Assembly (NCBI GenBank): GCA_963676915.2
Contig: CAXXVK010000053.1
Location: forward strand, 32,001-96,000
DNA length: 64,000 nucleotides
Reading direction: 5' to 3'
Origin: Myxococcota bacterium
Lineage (GTDB): Bacteria > Myxococcota_A > SURF-8 > G963663525
Made by a program: the position numbers and the translations under genes. Of this stretch, positions 62,919 through 64,000 are shown piece after piece. Within the stretch, counting starts at the first letter, position 1, and each line of letters begins with the position of its first letter. Below the pieces are notes generated by a model. The model had not been told where the DNA came from. It searched no databases and worked only from the letters and a program-made list of their open reading frames with translations.

Positions 62919-63326
62919 AAGTAATTCAATATATGCAAACCGTATCGTAAATGTGAGGAAAAGTAAAGTAACACCTTGGGAGAATATTCGAAAAAGGGTC
63001 GATAGCGAACACTAAAAGGTGCCCGTTGTATCGAAAGTTCCAATTGTAACCGGGCACTTCAAGCGGTTGGAAATAATATGGTTTTTTAGACGGGAGAATT
63101 TCCATTTTCATGGCTTCGATTCCGAAAATCGAAGCAGCCGACCGCTTTTTTGCTTCGGCGGCATCCTAAATAAGTAATGGGCCACAGGCTCGCCTATTCG
63201 AAGAGTGCCGTCTTTTTTCCGGGCGATCCTCCACTATTTTTTTACATATTTTCCGGTACTTCGGGATTTTTTTCGAAAGCCGGTTCGACAGTTTTTTTGG
63301 TTTCGGATCAGGAAAGAGGGACGATC

Positions 63327-64000
63327 ATGGCGAATTCGCTGGTGATCAACTGTACCCCCCAGGAAACCCGCGTCGCTTTGGTAGAGAACAACGCCACGGT
63401 GGAGTTGTTCATCGAACGGACCAAAGACCGGGGCTATGTGGGGAACATCTACAAAGGCCGCGTCAGTCGCGTTCTTCCGGGTATGCAAGCCGCTTTCGTG
63501 GATATCGGTTTGGAAAAGGCGGCGTTTCTGTATGTTTCGGACGTGTTTTCTCCCGATTACGACTATTCCAGTTTCGTAAAACAGAACGGCGAAGATTTCG
63601 AGAACGGCGGCGACAGCGACGGAAAAGACGAGGAAAACCGGTCCCAGGGACAGCAGAACGTTCGGGTGGAAGGGGATTCTTCATCCACGCCCGTTCGGGT
63701 GATGCATATCGAGGATCTGCTGAAGGAAGGGCAGGAAATCATGGTGCAGGTGGCCAAAGATCCCATCGGCACCAAAGGATGCCGGGTCACCACCAATATC
63801 AGCCTCCCGGGTCGTCACCTCGTCTATATGCCGTATATCGACCACATCGGCATCTCTCGTCGCATCACGGACGAATCCGAGCGTGCTCGTCTGCGCGATC
63901 TGATGGACAAAATCCGTCCGACGGGTAGCGGTTTCATCGTGCGCACGGTGGCGGAAGGAATGAACGAAAAGAAGCTCCGTGCCGACGTGACGCTTTTGGT
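63327..64000 (+). CDS. Rne/Rng family ribonuclease (RNase G/E), 5' part, runs off window
   Basis: Translated by hand: MANSLVINCTPQETRVALVE...GNIYKGRVSRVLPGMQAAFVDIG...QVAKDPIGTKGCRVTTNISLPGR...GFIVRT. Confidence 0.95.
   Translation, partial: MANSLVINCTPQETRVALVENNATVELFIERTKDRGYVGNIYKGRVSRVLPGMQAAFVDIGLEKAAFLYVSDVFSPDYDYSSFVKQNGEDFENGGDSDGKDEENRSQGQQNVRVEGDSSSTPVRVMHIEDLLKEGQEIMVQVAKDPIGTKGCRVTTNISLPGRHLVYMPYIDHIGISRRITDESERARLRDLMDKIRPTGSGFIVRTVAEGMNEKKLRADVTLL

Noticed and set aside
1-64000. tRNA, rRNA, prophage, integrase or defence systems
   Set aside because: None was recognised by eye. The lone GIY-YIG gene is of the widespread small UPF0213 type.

Overview
Window from an anaerobic, delta-proteobacteria-like genome. 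A Myxococcota-like host is inferred from a pilGHI-type ABC module, a membrane Ser/Thr kinase, HMG-CoA synthase, many Cys-rich or acidic-linker lipoproteins, and an ArgRS with AFHH in place of HIGH. The first 12 kb holds a contiguous minus-strand dissimilatory sulfite reduction operon, dsrA-B-N-TPR-C-T-M-K-J-O-P, followed by a CaiB/BaiF CoA-transferase. dsrD, dsrL and dsrEFH are absent from the locus, and a strong hairpin sits where dsrD normally lies. DsrAB are short and lack the Desulfovibrio-type N-termini. A perfect 20-bp palindrome (ATGAATGA-N4-TCATTCAT) resembling an acyl-CoA-responsive FadR/YsiA TetR operator lies just downstream of the likely dsrA promoter. The rest contains housekeeping and metabolic genes (argS, arcC, class I fumarase, nadE, meaB, sigma54-type rocD, mvaS, rne/rng) and two very large sensor kinases, one with two PocR domains. 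It also has a degenerate GGDEF protein, GTAG-type REP/REPIN elements beside a GIY-YIG nuclease gene, and an AT-rich acyltransferase insert. Two further oddities are a POT-like MFS transporter with a ~220-aa internally duplicated insertion and a Ser/Thr kinase with seven 'SGEVLTARK'-like repeats. Several +1 frameshifts, mostly in short homopolymers, look like sequencing errors.
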